DNA of 30,999 nt from Bacteroides sp. Its GTDB lineage: Bacteria > Bacteroidota > Bacteroidia > Bacteroidales > Bacteroidaceae. Below, one piece after another: positions 1 through 8,325 of the stretch. The stretch is from contig JAUMWZ010000002.1 of the NCBI GenBank assembly GCA_030529405.1, positions 1 through 30,999 of the forward strand. Reading direction: 5' to 3'. The position numbers and the translations under genes are program-made. Numbering within the stretch: the stretch's first letter is position 1; each line of letters opens with the position of its first letter. The notes beneath the pieces were generated by a model. It searched no databases, had not been told where the DNA came from, and saw only the letters and a program-made list of their open reading frames with translations.

Positions 1-131
1 AAGTCGTAATGTTTCACACTTGTTTGAGCAGAGCGAGCTTGTGAAACATAGACTTGACGGCAACAAACGGCAAACGGACACACGGGCGAAACCTTTTCTT
101 GGTTCTTATTTTCGGTTCTGAAAAGAAGAAC
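1..131. other. Structured non-coding segment at the window edge (two hairpins), possibly part of a REP/MITE-like element
   Basis: AAGTC(1-5)/GACTT(51-55) plus ATGTTTCACA(9-18)/TGTGAAACAT(40-49); second hairpin GTTCTT-A-TTTTC(102-113)/GAAAA-G-AAGAAC(120-131). Truncated by the window start. Confidence 0.35.
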
Positions 132-237
132 ATTACTGATAAAAGGAGAAGAAAAGAAGAAATGAAAAGAAGAACATTTACAAAGAAAAAGGAAAGACGA
201 GAAAGAAGAAAATATTATATATAAAAACAGCTTTCTA

Positions 238-361
238 AATGATATACAGCTGATTTGTAAAACGTATATCATTTAGATATAAAATATATACAGTTTGGAA
301 ATTGACTATATACAGTTTGGTTGTAAACTATATATAGCTTAGGAACCAACTGTGTGTTGTT
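238..361. repeat. 22-bp-period palindromic array A (6 units, last degenerate)
   Basis: Units start at 238, 260, 282, 304, 326, 348 (e.g. GACTATATACAGTT, AACTATATATAGCT); spacers gatttgta, tagatata, tggaaatt, tggttgta, taggaacc. Confidence 0.9.
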
Positions 362-382
362 TACTCAATAGATGTTATATGT

Positions 383-1003
383 TTACTCTTCCTCCTCGTT
401 GCCTTTTAGTGTTGGCAAACATATATGGTATTTTGCAGAAATAAGTCTTGCGGCGAAAACAGTACTTCCTGCAAGTATTTGGCAAACTACATCTTCCAGT
501 CCTATGTAGCTTGCAAACCAATATGTTATACCACCAATAACGCAGGCTATTGCATATATTTCTTTTCTGAAAATAAGAGGTATTTCATTTATCAATACAT
601 CTCTAATTACGCCTCCAGCAGCACCTGTCATGCTACCCATAATAACTGCCACCCAAAAAGGCATTCCAAGAGCAATGCTTTTTCCTACACCTACCACTGT
701 GAAAAGAGCCAATCCGATGCTGTCGAATATGAAAAAAGTGTTGTGGAGATGTATGAGTGTGCGGCTGAAAAGAATAACCCATAGCAAAGCCAAGCCCGTA
801 CATATCAAATATATTGGGTCTGTCATCCAACCTGGAGTTACATCTAAAAGCAAATCTCTGATAGTACCCCCACCAATGGCAGTTACAAAGCCCACGACAT
901 AAGCTCCAAACCAGTCGAAACGCTTAGCTGATGCAAGCCTTATTCCACTGATAGCAAAGGCGAAAGTTCCTACGAAGTCGAGTATTTGTACAAATGTTGT
1001 CAT
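383..1003 (-). CDS. Trimeric intracellular cation channel (TRIC / UPF0126, YadS-like) family membrane protein
   Basis: Duplicated motifs GTFAFAISG...TAIGGGTIRDLLL and DSIGLALF...GAAGGVIRDVL; hydrophobic. Start moved to MTTFVQ (1003) because the ORF-track extension overlaps the divergent gene. Confidence 0.9.
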   Translation of the reverse strand: MTTFVQILDFVGTFAFAISGIRLASAKRFDWFGAYVVGFVTAIGGGTIRDLLLDVTPGWMTDPIYLICTGLALLWVILFSRTLIHLHNTFFIFDSIGLALFTVVGVGKSIALGMPFWVAVIMGSMTGAAGGVIRDVLINEIPLIFRKEIYAIACVIGGITYWFASYIGLEDVVCQILAGSTVFAARLISAKYHICLPTLKGNEEEE

Positions 1004-1054
1004 ATATAAACTATTTTTGTCTGCAAAGTAACTAATAAATTCCCTAAGAAAATA

Positions 1055-1062
1055 TACTTTTG
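1055..1062 (+). promoter_or_regulatory. Bacteroidetes -7 promoter element (TAnnTTTG) for the wecB-like gene
   Basis: TACTTTTG ending 26 nt upstream of ATG 1088. Confidence 0.55.
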
Positions 1063-1087
1063 TGTTCCAAACGGAAGTTATATAAAT

Positions 1088-2176
1088 ATGAAAATAACAA
1101 TAATAGCAGGGGCAAGACCTAACTTTATGAAAATTGCTCCCATAGTACATGCAATAGATGCAGCTAAAACAAACGGTAAGAACGTGTCTTATAGGTTGGT
1201 GTTTACAGGAACTAAAGACGACAGCAGTATTGATGCATCTTTGTTTTCTGACCTAGATATGAGAGAACCTGATGTGTATTTAGGTGTGAAACACTCTAAC
1301 TCTATTGCTATGGCAGCAAACATTATGATTGAGTTTGAAAGGGAATTACTGCAAAATACTGCCGACTTGGTTTTGGTGGTAGATGACCTTACTGCCACAA
1401 TGAGTTGTTCTATCGTTGCAAAGAAAAGGGGCTTGAAGGTGGCGCATCTTGTAGCTGGAACACGTTCGTTTGATATAAATATGCCTAAAGAGGTAAACAG
1501 AGTAATCACTGACGGACTAGCTGATTATCTTTTCACAGCTGGTATGGTGGCAAACAAAAACCTTAACCAAACGGGGGCAGAAAGCAAGAAAATATATTAC
1601 GTGGGTAATGTGTTGATTGACTCAATAAGGTATAACAGACACAGACTTATACGTCCTATGTGGTTTGGCTCATTAGGACTAGAGGAAAAGAAATATATAC
1701 TACTGACCATAAATAGAAGAACGCTTACGTCTAATAAAGAGAAGCTGAAAGAAATTGTATCTAAGGTGGTAGAAAAATCAAAAGGCATTCCAGTAATAGC
1801 ACCATTGCATAACTACGTGAGAGAAGCTATTGAAAAGTTGAATGTCAAAGCAGATAATCTGCATATAATACCATCGCAAAGCTATCTGTCATTCGGTTTC
1901 TTGGTAAATAATGCTATGGGGATTGTAACTGACTCTGGAAATGTGGCAGAAGAAGCTACTTTCTTGAACATACCTTGCATCACTTTGAATGATTTTGCTG
2001 AACACCCAGAAACTTATAAAGTAGGAACTAATGTGTTGGTGGGAGAAGATGTAGAGGCACTTTCTCAATCATTGGAAGTTATGATTAACGGAGAATGGAA
2101 GAAAGGTGTGTTGCCAGAAAAATGGGACGGAAGAACATCTGAAAGAATAATACAGATTCTTACAGAAGTGGAATAA
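1088..2176 (+). CDS. wecB: UDP-N-acetylglucosamine 2-epimerase (non-hydrolysing) family protein, divergent active site
   Basis: N-terminal GARPNFMKIAP, AGTRSFD..MPKEVNR, VTDSG..AEEA...IPCITL, HPET motifs. Confidence 0.85.
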   Translation: MKITIIAGARPNFMKIAPIVHAIDAAKTNGKNVSYRLVFTGTKDDSSIDASLFSDLDMREPDVYLGVKHSNSIAMAANIMIEFERELLQNTADLVLVVDDLTATMSCSIVAKKRGLKVAHLVAGTRSFDINMPKEVNRVITDGLADYLFTAGMVANKNLNQTGAESKKIYYVGNVLIDSIRYNRHRLIRPMWFGSLGLEEKKYILLTINRRTLTSNKEKLKEIVSKVVEKSKGIPVIAPLHNYVREAIEKLNVKADNLHIIPSQSYLSFGFLVNNAMGIVTDSGNVAEEATFLNIPCITLNDFAEHPETYKVGTNVLVGEDVEALSQSLEVMINGEWKKGVLPEKWDGRTSERIIQILTEVE

Positions 2177-2322
2177 ATATAACTCAAGGTTGGGCAATGA
2201 ATGTGTTATGTCATGTTGCTCAACCTTTTGTGCTTTATCTGAAACTGTTGGGAGGGTAGGAGATTATCATCTGCAAATGTTTCATCAATAATCATAATAA
2301 TAGACTTTATTATCAAAACAGT

Positions 2323-4917
2323 ATGAAGTTTTTGAGGTTTATAGCCATAATATATTTTATGTCTTTTGTCTTTATTGCGAAAGGGCAAATGATATCTGGA
2401 GTAGTGACAGATTCTGTTACTAAAGAAGCAGTAATGTATGCGTCGGTGGTTTACGAGGACAAGAGAGATTCGGGAACAAGCACAAATATCGATGGCGAAT
2501 ACAAACTGCTTTCAAGAGGAAAAGGAAAGAGGCTTATTTTCTCAGCTCTTGGATATAAATCTAAAACTGTTTCTGTAAAAGGAGGAGAAGAAGTTATAAA
2601 TGTTGTGTTGGAACAAGAGAGTATCGCTCTGAATGAAGTTGTAGTGAAGGCAAGGAAAGATAAGTATTCGCGCAAAAACAATCCTGCTGTCGAGTTTATG
2701 AAGAAGGTTATAAGCAACAAAAAGCATCAGAAACTCGAAGAGAATGATTACTACAGGTACAATAAGTATGAGAAGATGAAACTTTCTATCAATGATATCA
2801 CTGAAGAAAGTATGAAGAAAGGGATATACAAGAAGTATGCCTTCATCAAAGATCAGGTTGAACGCTCTCTAGTTACTGGTAAGATGATTCTTCCAATATC
2901 TGTGCAAGAAACCGTGTCGGAGGTTGTTTACCGAAAAAATCCAGAAGATAAGAAAGAGATAATACACGGAGTTAATAACAACGGTATAGAGGAATATTTT
3001 TCATCTGGAGAAATGTTGGGTACAATACTAAAAGAAGTTTTTGCCAATGTAAACATATACGACAACGAGATAAGATTACTTCGCCAGAGATTTGTTAGCC
3101 CTATAAGCGACAACTCTATATCATTCTATAAGTTTTACTTGATGGATACCGTCAAGATTGAGGATAGAGAATGCGTACACCTTACTTTTGTACCGCAAAA
3201 TTCGCAAGACTTTGGTTTCACAGGTCACCTTTATGTGCTTAAAGACTCTACTTATGCCGTGAGAAAATGTATAATGAACTTACCTAAAAACACTGGAGTT
3301 AATTGGGTAAATAATATGAACATAGTGCAAAAGTTTCATCAATTGAGCAATGGTAATTGGGCACTTACTGATGATGACGTTACGGTTGATTTGTCATGGG
3401 ATAAGAATAAAACTTCACAGAGTTTACAGGTGGAGAAATTGACAAAGTACAGTGACTATTCATTTGAAGAAGTAGACAAACGCATTTTTAAGTTCAAGGG
3501 CGACCTGATTAAAGAGGCTAATATGCTCAACAAAGATGAAAGCTTTTGGCAGAAGTTCAGAAAGGTGCCGCTGACTAAGAACGAAAGCAACATGGACGTA
3601 TTTATGAATAAACTTGGACAAATACCAGGTTTCAAGTTCATAATATTCGGAACAAAAGCACTTATAGAAAACAGTATCGAGCTAGGAACTAAGGATAAGC
3701 CGAGCAAGATAGATATTGCTCCAGTAAACACTATGGTTACAAGCAACTATGTAGATGGGCTTCGCCTCAGATTGAGTGCAATGACTACGGCAAAACTTAA
3801 TCCTTATCTTTTCGCTGATGGTTATCTTGCTTACGGATTCAAAGATAAACGTTGGAAATATAATGCTAAACTGTCTTATTCTTTTCTTAAAAGAGATTTT
3901 GTTGTATGGGAGTTCCCTAAGCACTTTATATCTGCATCATATTCTTACGATGTAATGTCTCCGATGGATAAGTTCTTGTTTACCGACAAGGATAATGTCT
4001 TTGTGTCTTTCAAGACTACTACAGTAGACCAAATGTCATATATAAGAGATGCGGTAATAAACTATGAATTGGAACAAAGGAATGGTTTGTCTGTAAAAGC
4101 AATGTTAAGACATAGAAACGACGAGCCAGCAGGAATACTCCAATATATACCTAATGTTCGCGACGAGAATAATAACATCGTTCTCGGAACTTCTCCTATA
4201 AAAGATATAACTACTTCTGAAATAAACCTTACACTAAGGTATGCTCCGGGCGAAAGATTTGTGAATACAAAGCAAAGACGCATACCTGTATCTCTTGATG
4301 CTCCACGATTTTCTATCAGCCATACTATGGGATTGAAGGGAGTGTTAGGTGGTCAGTACAACTTCAATCGTACAGAAGCAAGTATATGGAAGAGATTTTG
4401 GTTGCCATCTTCTTGGGGTAGAGTAGACTTCAGTATAAAAGGTGGAGTTGAATGGAATAAAGTTCCTTTCCCATTGCTTATCATGCCAGAAGCCAACCTC
4501 TCTTATATCACTCAGAACGAAACATTCTGTTTGATAAACAATATGGAGTTTTTGAACGACAGGTTTGCATCTCTTTCAATGTCATACAATATGAACGGAA
4601 AACTATTTAATAGAATTCCACTTCTAAGAAAACTAAACTGGAGAGAGATGTTCAGGGTAAGAATGCTGTGGGGTACTCTTACAGACAAGAACAATCCGTT
4701 TAAGAGTAAGGACGACTATCTGTTTGACTTCCCTCGCAGGAATGGTCAATACACAAGTCATGTAATGGACCCTAAGATGCCATATATAGAGGCTAGCTTT
4801 GGTATATACAATATATTCAAACTGTTACATATAGAATATGTACACAGATTTACTTACTTGAACCACCCAAATATAAATAAAAACGGATTACGTTTTATGA
4901 TACAAACAGTGTTCTGA
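2323..4917 (+). CDS. DUF5686 family outer-membrane protein with N-terminal carboxypeptidase-regulatory-like domain
   Basis: Signal peptide; ISGVVTDSVTKE...TSTNIDGEY...FSALGY domain; KYSRKNNPAVEFMKKVI; C-terminal aromatic beta-strand ending in F. Confidence 0.8.
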   Translation: MKFLRFIAIIYFMSFVFIAKGQMISGVVTDSVTKEAVMYASVVYEDKRDSGTSTNIDGEYKLLSRGKGKRLIFSALGYKSKTVSVKGGEEVINVVLEQESIALNEVVVKARKDKYSRKNNPAVEFMKKVISNKKHQKLEENDYYRYNKYEKMKLSINDITEESMKKGIYKKYAFIKDQVERSLVTGKMILPISVQETVSEVVYRKNPEDKKEIIHGVNNNGIEEYFSSGEMLGTILKEVFANVNIYDNEIRLLRQRFVSPISDNSISFYKFYLMDTVKIEDRECVHLTFVPQNSQDFGFTGHLYVLKDSTYAVRKCIMNLPKNTGVNWVNNMNIVQKFHQLSNGNWALTDDDVTVDLSWDKNKTSQSLQVEKLTKYSDYSFEEVDKRIFKFKGDLIKEANMLNKDESFWQKFRKVPLTKNESNMDVFMNKLGQIPGFKFIIFGTKALIENSIELGTKDKPSKIDIAPVNTMVTSNYVDGLRLRLSAMTTAKLNPYLFADGYLAYGFKDKRWKYNAKLSYSFLKRDFVVWEFPKHFISASYSYDVMSPMDKFLFTDKDNVFVSFKTTTVDQMSYIRDAVINYELEQRNGLSVKAMLRHRNDEPAGILQYIPNVRDENNNIVLGTSPIKDITTSEINLTLRYAPGERFVNTKQRRIPVSLDAPRFSISHTMGLKGVLGGQYNFNRTEASIWKRFWLPSSWGRVDFSIKGGVEWNKVPFPLLIMPEANLSYITQNETFCLINNMEFLNDRFASLSMSYNMNGKLFNRIPLLRKLNWREMFRVRMLWGTLTDKNNPFKSKDDYLFDFPRRNGQYTSHVMDPKMPYIEASFGIYNIFKLLHIEYVHRFTYLNHPNINKNGLRFMIQTVF

Positions 4918-4940
4918 TGAACACATAAACAGTATTATAT

Positions 4941-6212
4941 ATGCAACCTTTGGCAGAAAGATTACGACCTCGCACGTTTGATGACTACATAGGACAAGAA
5001 CATTTAGTAGGAAAGGGGGCTGTTATCCGCAATATGGTGGAATCAGGTCGTATCTCTTCTTTCATTCTTTGGGGACCTCCTGGAGTGGGAAAGACCACTC
5101 TTGCCCAAATGATAGCCAACAAACTTTCCACATCTTTTTATACTCTCAGCGCAGTGACCTCTGGAGTTAAAGATGTGCGTGAGGTTATTGAGAAAGCTAA
5201 AAATAGTCGCTTTTTCAGTCAGAACAGCCCAATTCTTTTCATAGACGAGATTCATCGTTTCAGCAAATCACAACAAGACTCACTACTTGGTGCAGTAGAA
5301 AACGGCACAATAACTTTGATTGGTGCCACAACTGAGAATCCTTCGTTCGAGGTTATTCGTCCTCTTCTCTCACGCTGTCAATTATATGTTCTAAAGCCAT
5401 TAGAGAAAGACCATCTACTCAAACTCCTTGAAAATGCTATCAAAAAAGACGTTGTTTTGAAAGAGAAAAACATTGTTCTTTCAGAAACAGATGCCATCAT
5501 CAGATACTCTGGAGGAGATGCTCGCAAACTGTTAAACATTCTCGAGTTGGTTGTATATTACCAACCTGGAAACGATATACAAATTACAAATGAATTAGTA
5601 ATAAATGTTCTCCAGCAAAACCCTCTTGCTTACGACAAGAGTGGAGACCTGCACTACGATATAATATCAGCCTTTATCAAGTCAATAAGAGGTAGCGACC
5701 CAGATGCAGCTGTCTATTGGTTAGCTAGAATGATTGAAGGTGGCGAAGACCCAACCTTTATAGCTCGGAGATTAGTTATTTCAGCCTCAGAAGACATAGG
5801 CTTGGCAAATCCTAATGCACTCTTGCTTGCCAATTCATGCTTTGACACGGTTAAGAATATAGGAATGCCAGAGGGCAGGATAGTACTCTCTCAAACGGCA
5901 ATATATTTGGCTACAAGCCCAAAAAGCAATTCTGCCTACATGGCTATAAACGATGCTCTTGATTTGGTAAAACGAACAGGAAATCTACCCGTGCCACTCC
6001 ACCTGAGAAATGCGCCAACTAAGCTGATGAAAGAGCTTGGTTATGGGGCTGACTATAAATATTCTCACAACTACGACAATAATTTTGTGGCGCAAGAATA
6101 CCTTCCACCTCAACTTGGTGATGTGTCATTGTGGCAACCACAAAACAATTCTGCCGAGCAGAAGATAAGAGAGCGTATGCAATCTATTTGGAAAGACAGA
6201 TACAATAAATAA
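4941..6212 (+). CDS. rarA: Replication-associated recombination protein A (AAA+ ATPase, MgsA/RarA)
   Basis: MQPLAERLRPRTF, Walker A GPPGVGKTT, Walker B LFIDEIHRF, GATTENPSFEV, HYDIISAFIKSIRGSDPDAA, VPLHLRNAPTKLMKELGYG. Confidence 0.95.
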   Translation: MQPLAERLRPRTFDDYIGQEHLVGKGAVIRNMVESGRISSFILWGPPGVGKTTLAQMIANKLSTSFYTLSAVTSGVKDVREVIEKAKNSRFFSQNSPILFIDEIHRFSKSQQDSLLGAVENGTITLIGATTENPSFEVIRPLLSRCQLYVLKPLEKDHLLKLLENAIKKDVVLKEKNIVLSETDAIIRYSGGDARKLLNILELVVYYQPGNDIQITNELVINVLQQNPLAYDKSGDLHYDIISAFIKSIRGSDPDAAVYWLARMIEGGEDPTFIARRLVISASEDIGLANPNALLLANSCFDTVKNIGMPEGRIVLSQTAIYLATSPKSNSAYMAINDALDLVKRTGNLPVPLHLRNAPTKLMKELGYGADYKYSHNYDNNFVAQEYLPPQLGDVSLWQPQNNSAEQKIRERMQSIWKDRYNK

Positions 6213-6236
6213 TAATAAACAATATAACACAGAACT

Positions 6237-7193
6237 ATGAAAATTGTAGTATTAGACGGATATGCGGCAAACCCAGGAGATTTGTCTTGGGACGTGTTGA
6301 AAACTTTGGGCGACTGCACTATATACGACAGAACAATGCCAAATGAAGTAGTGGAAAGAGCTTTTGATGCAGAGGCTATTTTGACAAACAAGGTTATACT
6401 AAAAGATGAGTTATTGGCTCAACTTCCTAATCTGAAATACATCGGAATATTAGCTACTGGATATAACTCTGTAGATATTGAGTCGGCAAAGCAAAGAGGA
6501 ATTATCGTTACAAACATACCTTCTTACAGCACACCTTCAGTAGCACAGATGGTTTTTGCACATATACTAAACATAGCATCTCAAGTGAAACACCACTCTG
6601 ATGAAGTAAGAAAAGGAAGGTGGACAAACAGCCAAGACTTCTGCTTTATAGACTCTCCACTTCTTGAACTAAGAGGAAAGAAAATAGGTCTTATAGGTTT
6701 GGGAAACATAGGATATAACACTGCCAGAATAGCAATAGGTTTCGGAATGGAAGTCTATGCTTACACTTCAAAGTCAGTGTTTCAGTTGCCACCAGAAATC
6801 AAGAAACTAGATTTGGACGGCATATTCAAAGAGTGCGACATTGTTAGCTTACACTGTCCGCTTACTCCAGAAACAAGAGGGCTGGTAAATAAAACTCGCC
6901 TTGAACTTATGCGTCCTTCGTCTATAATTATAAATACAGGACGTGGCCCGCTAATAGTAGAACAAGACCTAGCAGACGCACTCAACAGCGGAAAGATATA
7001 TGCTGCAGGACTGGACGTACTATCGTCTGAACCACCAAAAGCAGACAATCCGTTGCTGGCTGCTAAGAATTGTTTCATAACTCCACACATTGCTTGGGCA
7101 ACGGCAGAAGCACGCGAACGCCTTATGTCTATTGCTATTGAGAATGTAAAGTCTTACATTGCAGGAAACCCTACAAATGTAGTCAATAAGTAA
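6237..7193 (+). CDS. D-2-hydroxyacid dehydrogenase (glycerate dehydrogenase / hydroxypyruvate reductase-like)
   Basis: GLIGLGNIG Rossmann motif, SLHCPLTPET, INTGRGPLI, AGLDVLSSEPP, ITPHIAWAT. Confidence 0.92.
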   Translation: MKIVVLDGYAANPGDLSWDVLKTLGDCTIYDRTMPNEVVERAFDAEAILTNKVILKDELLAQLPNLKYIGILATGYNSVDIESAKQRGIIVTNIPSYSTPSVAQMVFAHILNIASQVKHHSDEVRKGRWTNSQDFCFIDSPLLELRGKKIGLIGLGNIGYNTARIAIGFGMEVYAYTSKSVFQLPPEIKKLDLDGIFKECDIVSLHCPLTPETRGLVNKTRLELMRPSSIIINTGRGPLIVEQDLADALNSGKIYAAGLDVLSSEPPKADNPLLAAKNCFITPHIAWATAEARERLMSIAIENVKSYIAGNPTNVVNK

Positions 7194-7230
7194 TGCTTAT
7201 CTGCCCTCTTGGGCTAGCGTTTTATCATAC

Positions 7231-7283
7231 AAAACAGTTATCATTTGGTTGCTTATTAGCTACACTTGATAACTGTTTTTTTA
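7231..7283 (+). terminator. Intrinsic terminator after the dehydrogenase
   Basis: AAAACAGTTATCA(7231-7243)/TGATAACTGTTTT(7267-7279) followed by a T run; long loop. Confidence 0.6.
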
Positions 7284-7526
7284 TTGCTTACACCCATACT
7301 GACACTATTTCTTTCCCTTTTTCTCTTTTCATCTTTCTCGTTTTAATTGTTGTTTTGTTATCTATGTGATTGGTTCCTCTTGTCGTCTACTTTATCTGAT
7401 TTTCTTGTAATAATCTGTTATATAATACGTTTTATGTATTTTTCACGTTTGGCTATTTGTGTGATAATTATAAATATATATCTTTCTGCAGATTATTAAC
7501 CAAAAATTAAAAACGAGAGAAGTATT

Positions 7527-7937
7527 ATGGCTAATTACAAAATTGAAGAAATTGAAGGTATAGGACCTGCATATGGTGAGAAACTAAGAAAAATTGGTAT
7601 AACAAGTACAGACAAATTGTTGGAGGCTTGTTTAACAAAGAAGCAAAGAAAAGAAGTATCTGAAAAGACTGGTCTTGACGAAGCTAAAATCCTTAAATGG
7701 GCAAATATGACAGATTTGTTCAGAATAAAGGGTGTAGGTTCTGAATATGCAGAACTTCTTGAGGCTGCAGGTGTAGACACAGTGAAGGAACTTGCGCAAC
7801 GCAAAGCAGACAATCTTACAGCAAAGATGGAAGAAGTAAACGCACAAAAGAAGTTAGTTCGCAGAACACCAGCTTTGAAGAGCGTTGAAAGTTGGGTTGC
7901 ACAAGCCAAACAGCTACCAAGAAAGTTAGAGTATTAG
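7527..7937 (+). CDS. DUF4332 domain protein (helix-hairpin-helix-like)
   Basis: IEEIEGIGPAYGEKL, DLFRIKGVGSEYAELLEAAGVDTVKELAQR, WVAQAKQLPRKLEY. Confidence 0.85.
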   Translation: MANYKIEEIEGIGPAYGEKLRKIGITSTDKLLEACLTKKQRKEVSEKTGLDEAKILKWANMTDLFRIKGVGSEYAELLEAAGVDTVKELAQRKADNLTAKMEEVNAQKKLVRRTPALKSVESWVAQAKQLPRKLEY

Positions 7938-7959
7938 TGCATACTCACTGTTAAGTTAT

Positions 7960-8002
7960 ATGAGTGGTCAGAACAAAAGAATGCTCTGACCACTCATTTT
8001 TT
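7960..8002 (+). terminator. Intrinsic terminator after DUF4332
   Basis: ATGAGTGGTCAGA/TCTGACCACTCAT 13-bp stem followed by a T run. Confidence 0.8.
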
Positions 8003-8151
8003 ATATACATCTCTCGTCTTGAGTGTCTTTATATAGAGTATGAATATAGTTGCCCATTTCCTGCTTTATGCAATCTTTCAAAGCTAGGACTATATTCTTT
8101 CAAGGGAAATAATAAACGCCACCTCCAAATACTGTTTGCCTCCATTTCCTA

Positions 8152-8231
8152 AACCATATACAGTTGAGTTGCAAACCGTATATAGTCAATAAACAAACTA
8201 TATATAGTTTAGAAATCAACTGTATATAGTC
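8152..8231. repeat. 22-bp-period palindromic array B (4 units)
   Basis: Units at 8152, 8174, 8196, 8218 (AACCATATACAGTT, AACCGTATATAGTC, AACTATATATAGTT, AACTGTATATAGTC); spacers gagttgca, aataaaca, tagaaatc. Confidence 0.92.
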
Positions 8232-8325
8232 TGCAAAACGGTTGTGAATACTTTTTTTGCACTATTACTTATTCTTTTGGTTATAAAGAGTTATATTCGC
8301 CATCAAATTAAAAAAACAGTGTGAA

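Noticed and set aside
238-361. Arrays as CRISPR or mini-CRISPR
   Set aside because: The 14-bp degenerate repeats and 8-bp recurrent spacers are far too short, spacers are reused between arrays, and there are no cas genes or leader.
1004-1150. Long N-terminal ORF extensions (also 20978-21031, 28158-28205, 29784-29843)
   Set aside because: They overlap promoters, terminators or neighbouring genes; downstream Met codons fit the family N-termini better.
7535-7909. 124-aa antisense ORF over DUF4332, and the other short overlapping ORFs in the track
   Set aside because: Shadow ORFs of well-supported genes with no motifs or independent promoters.
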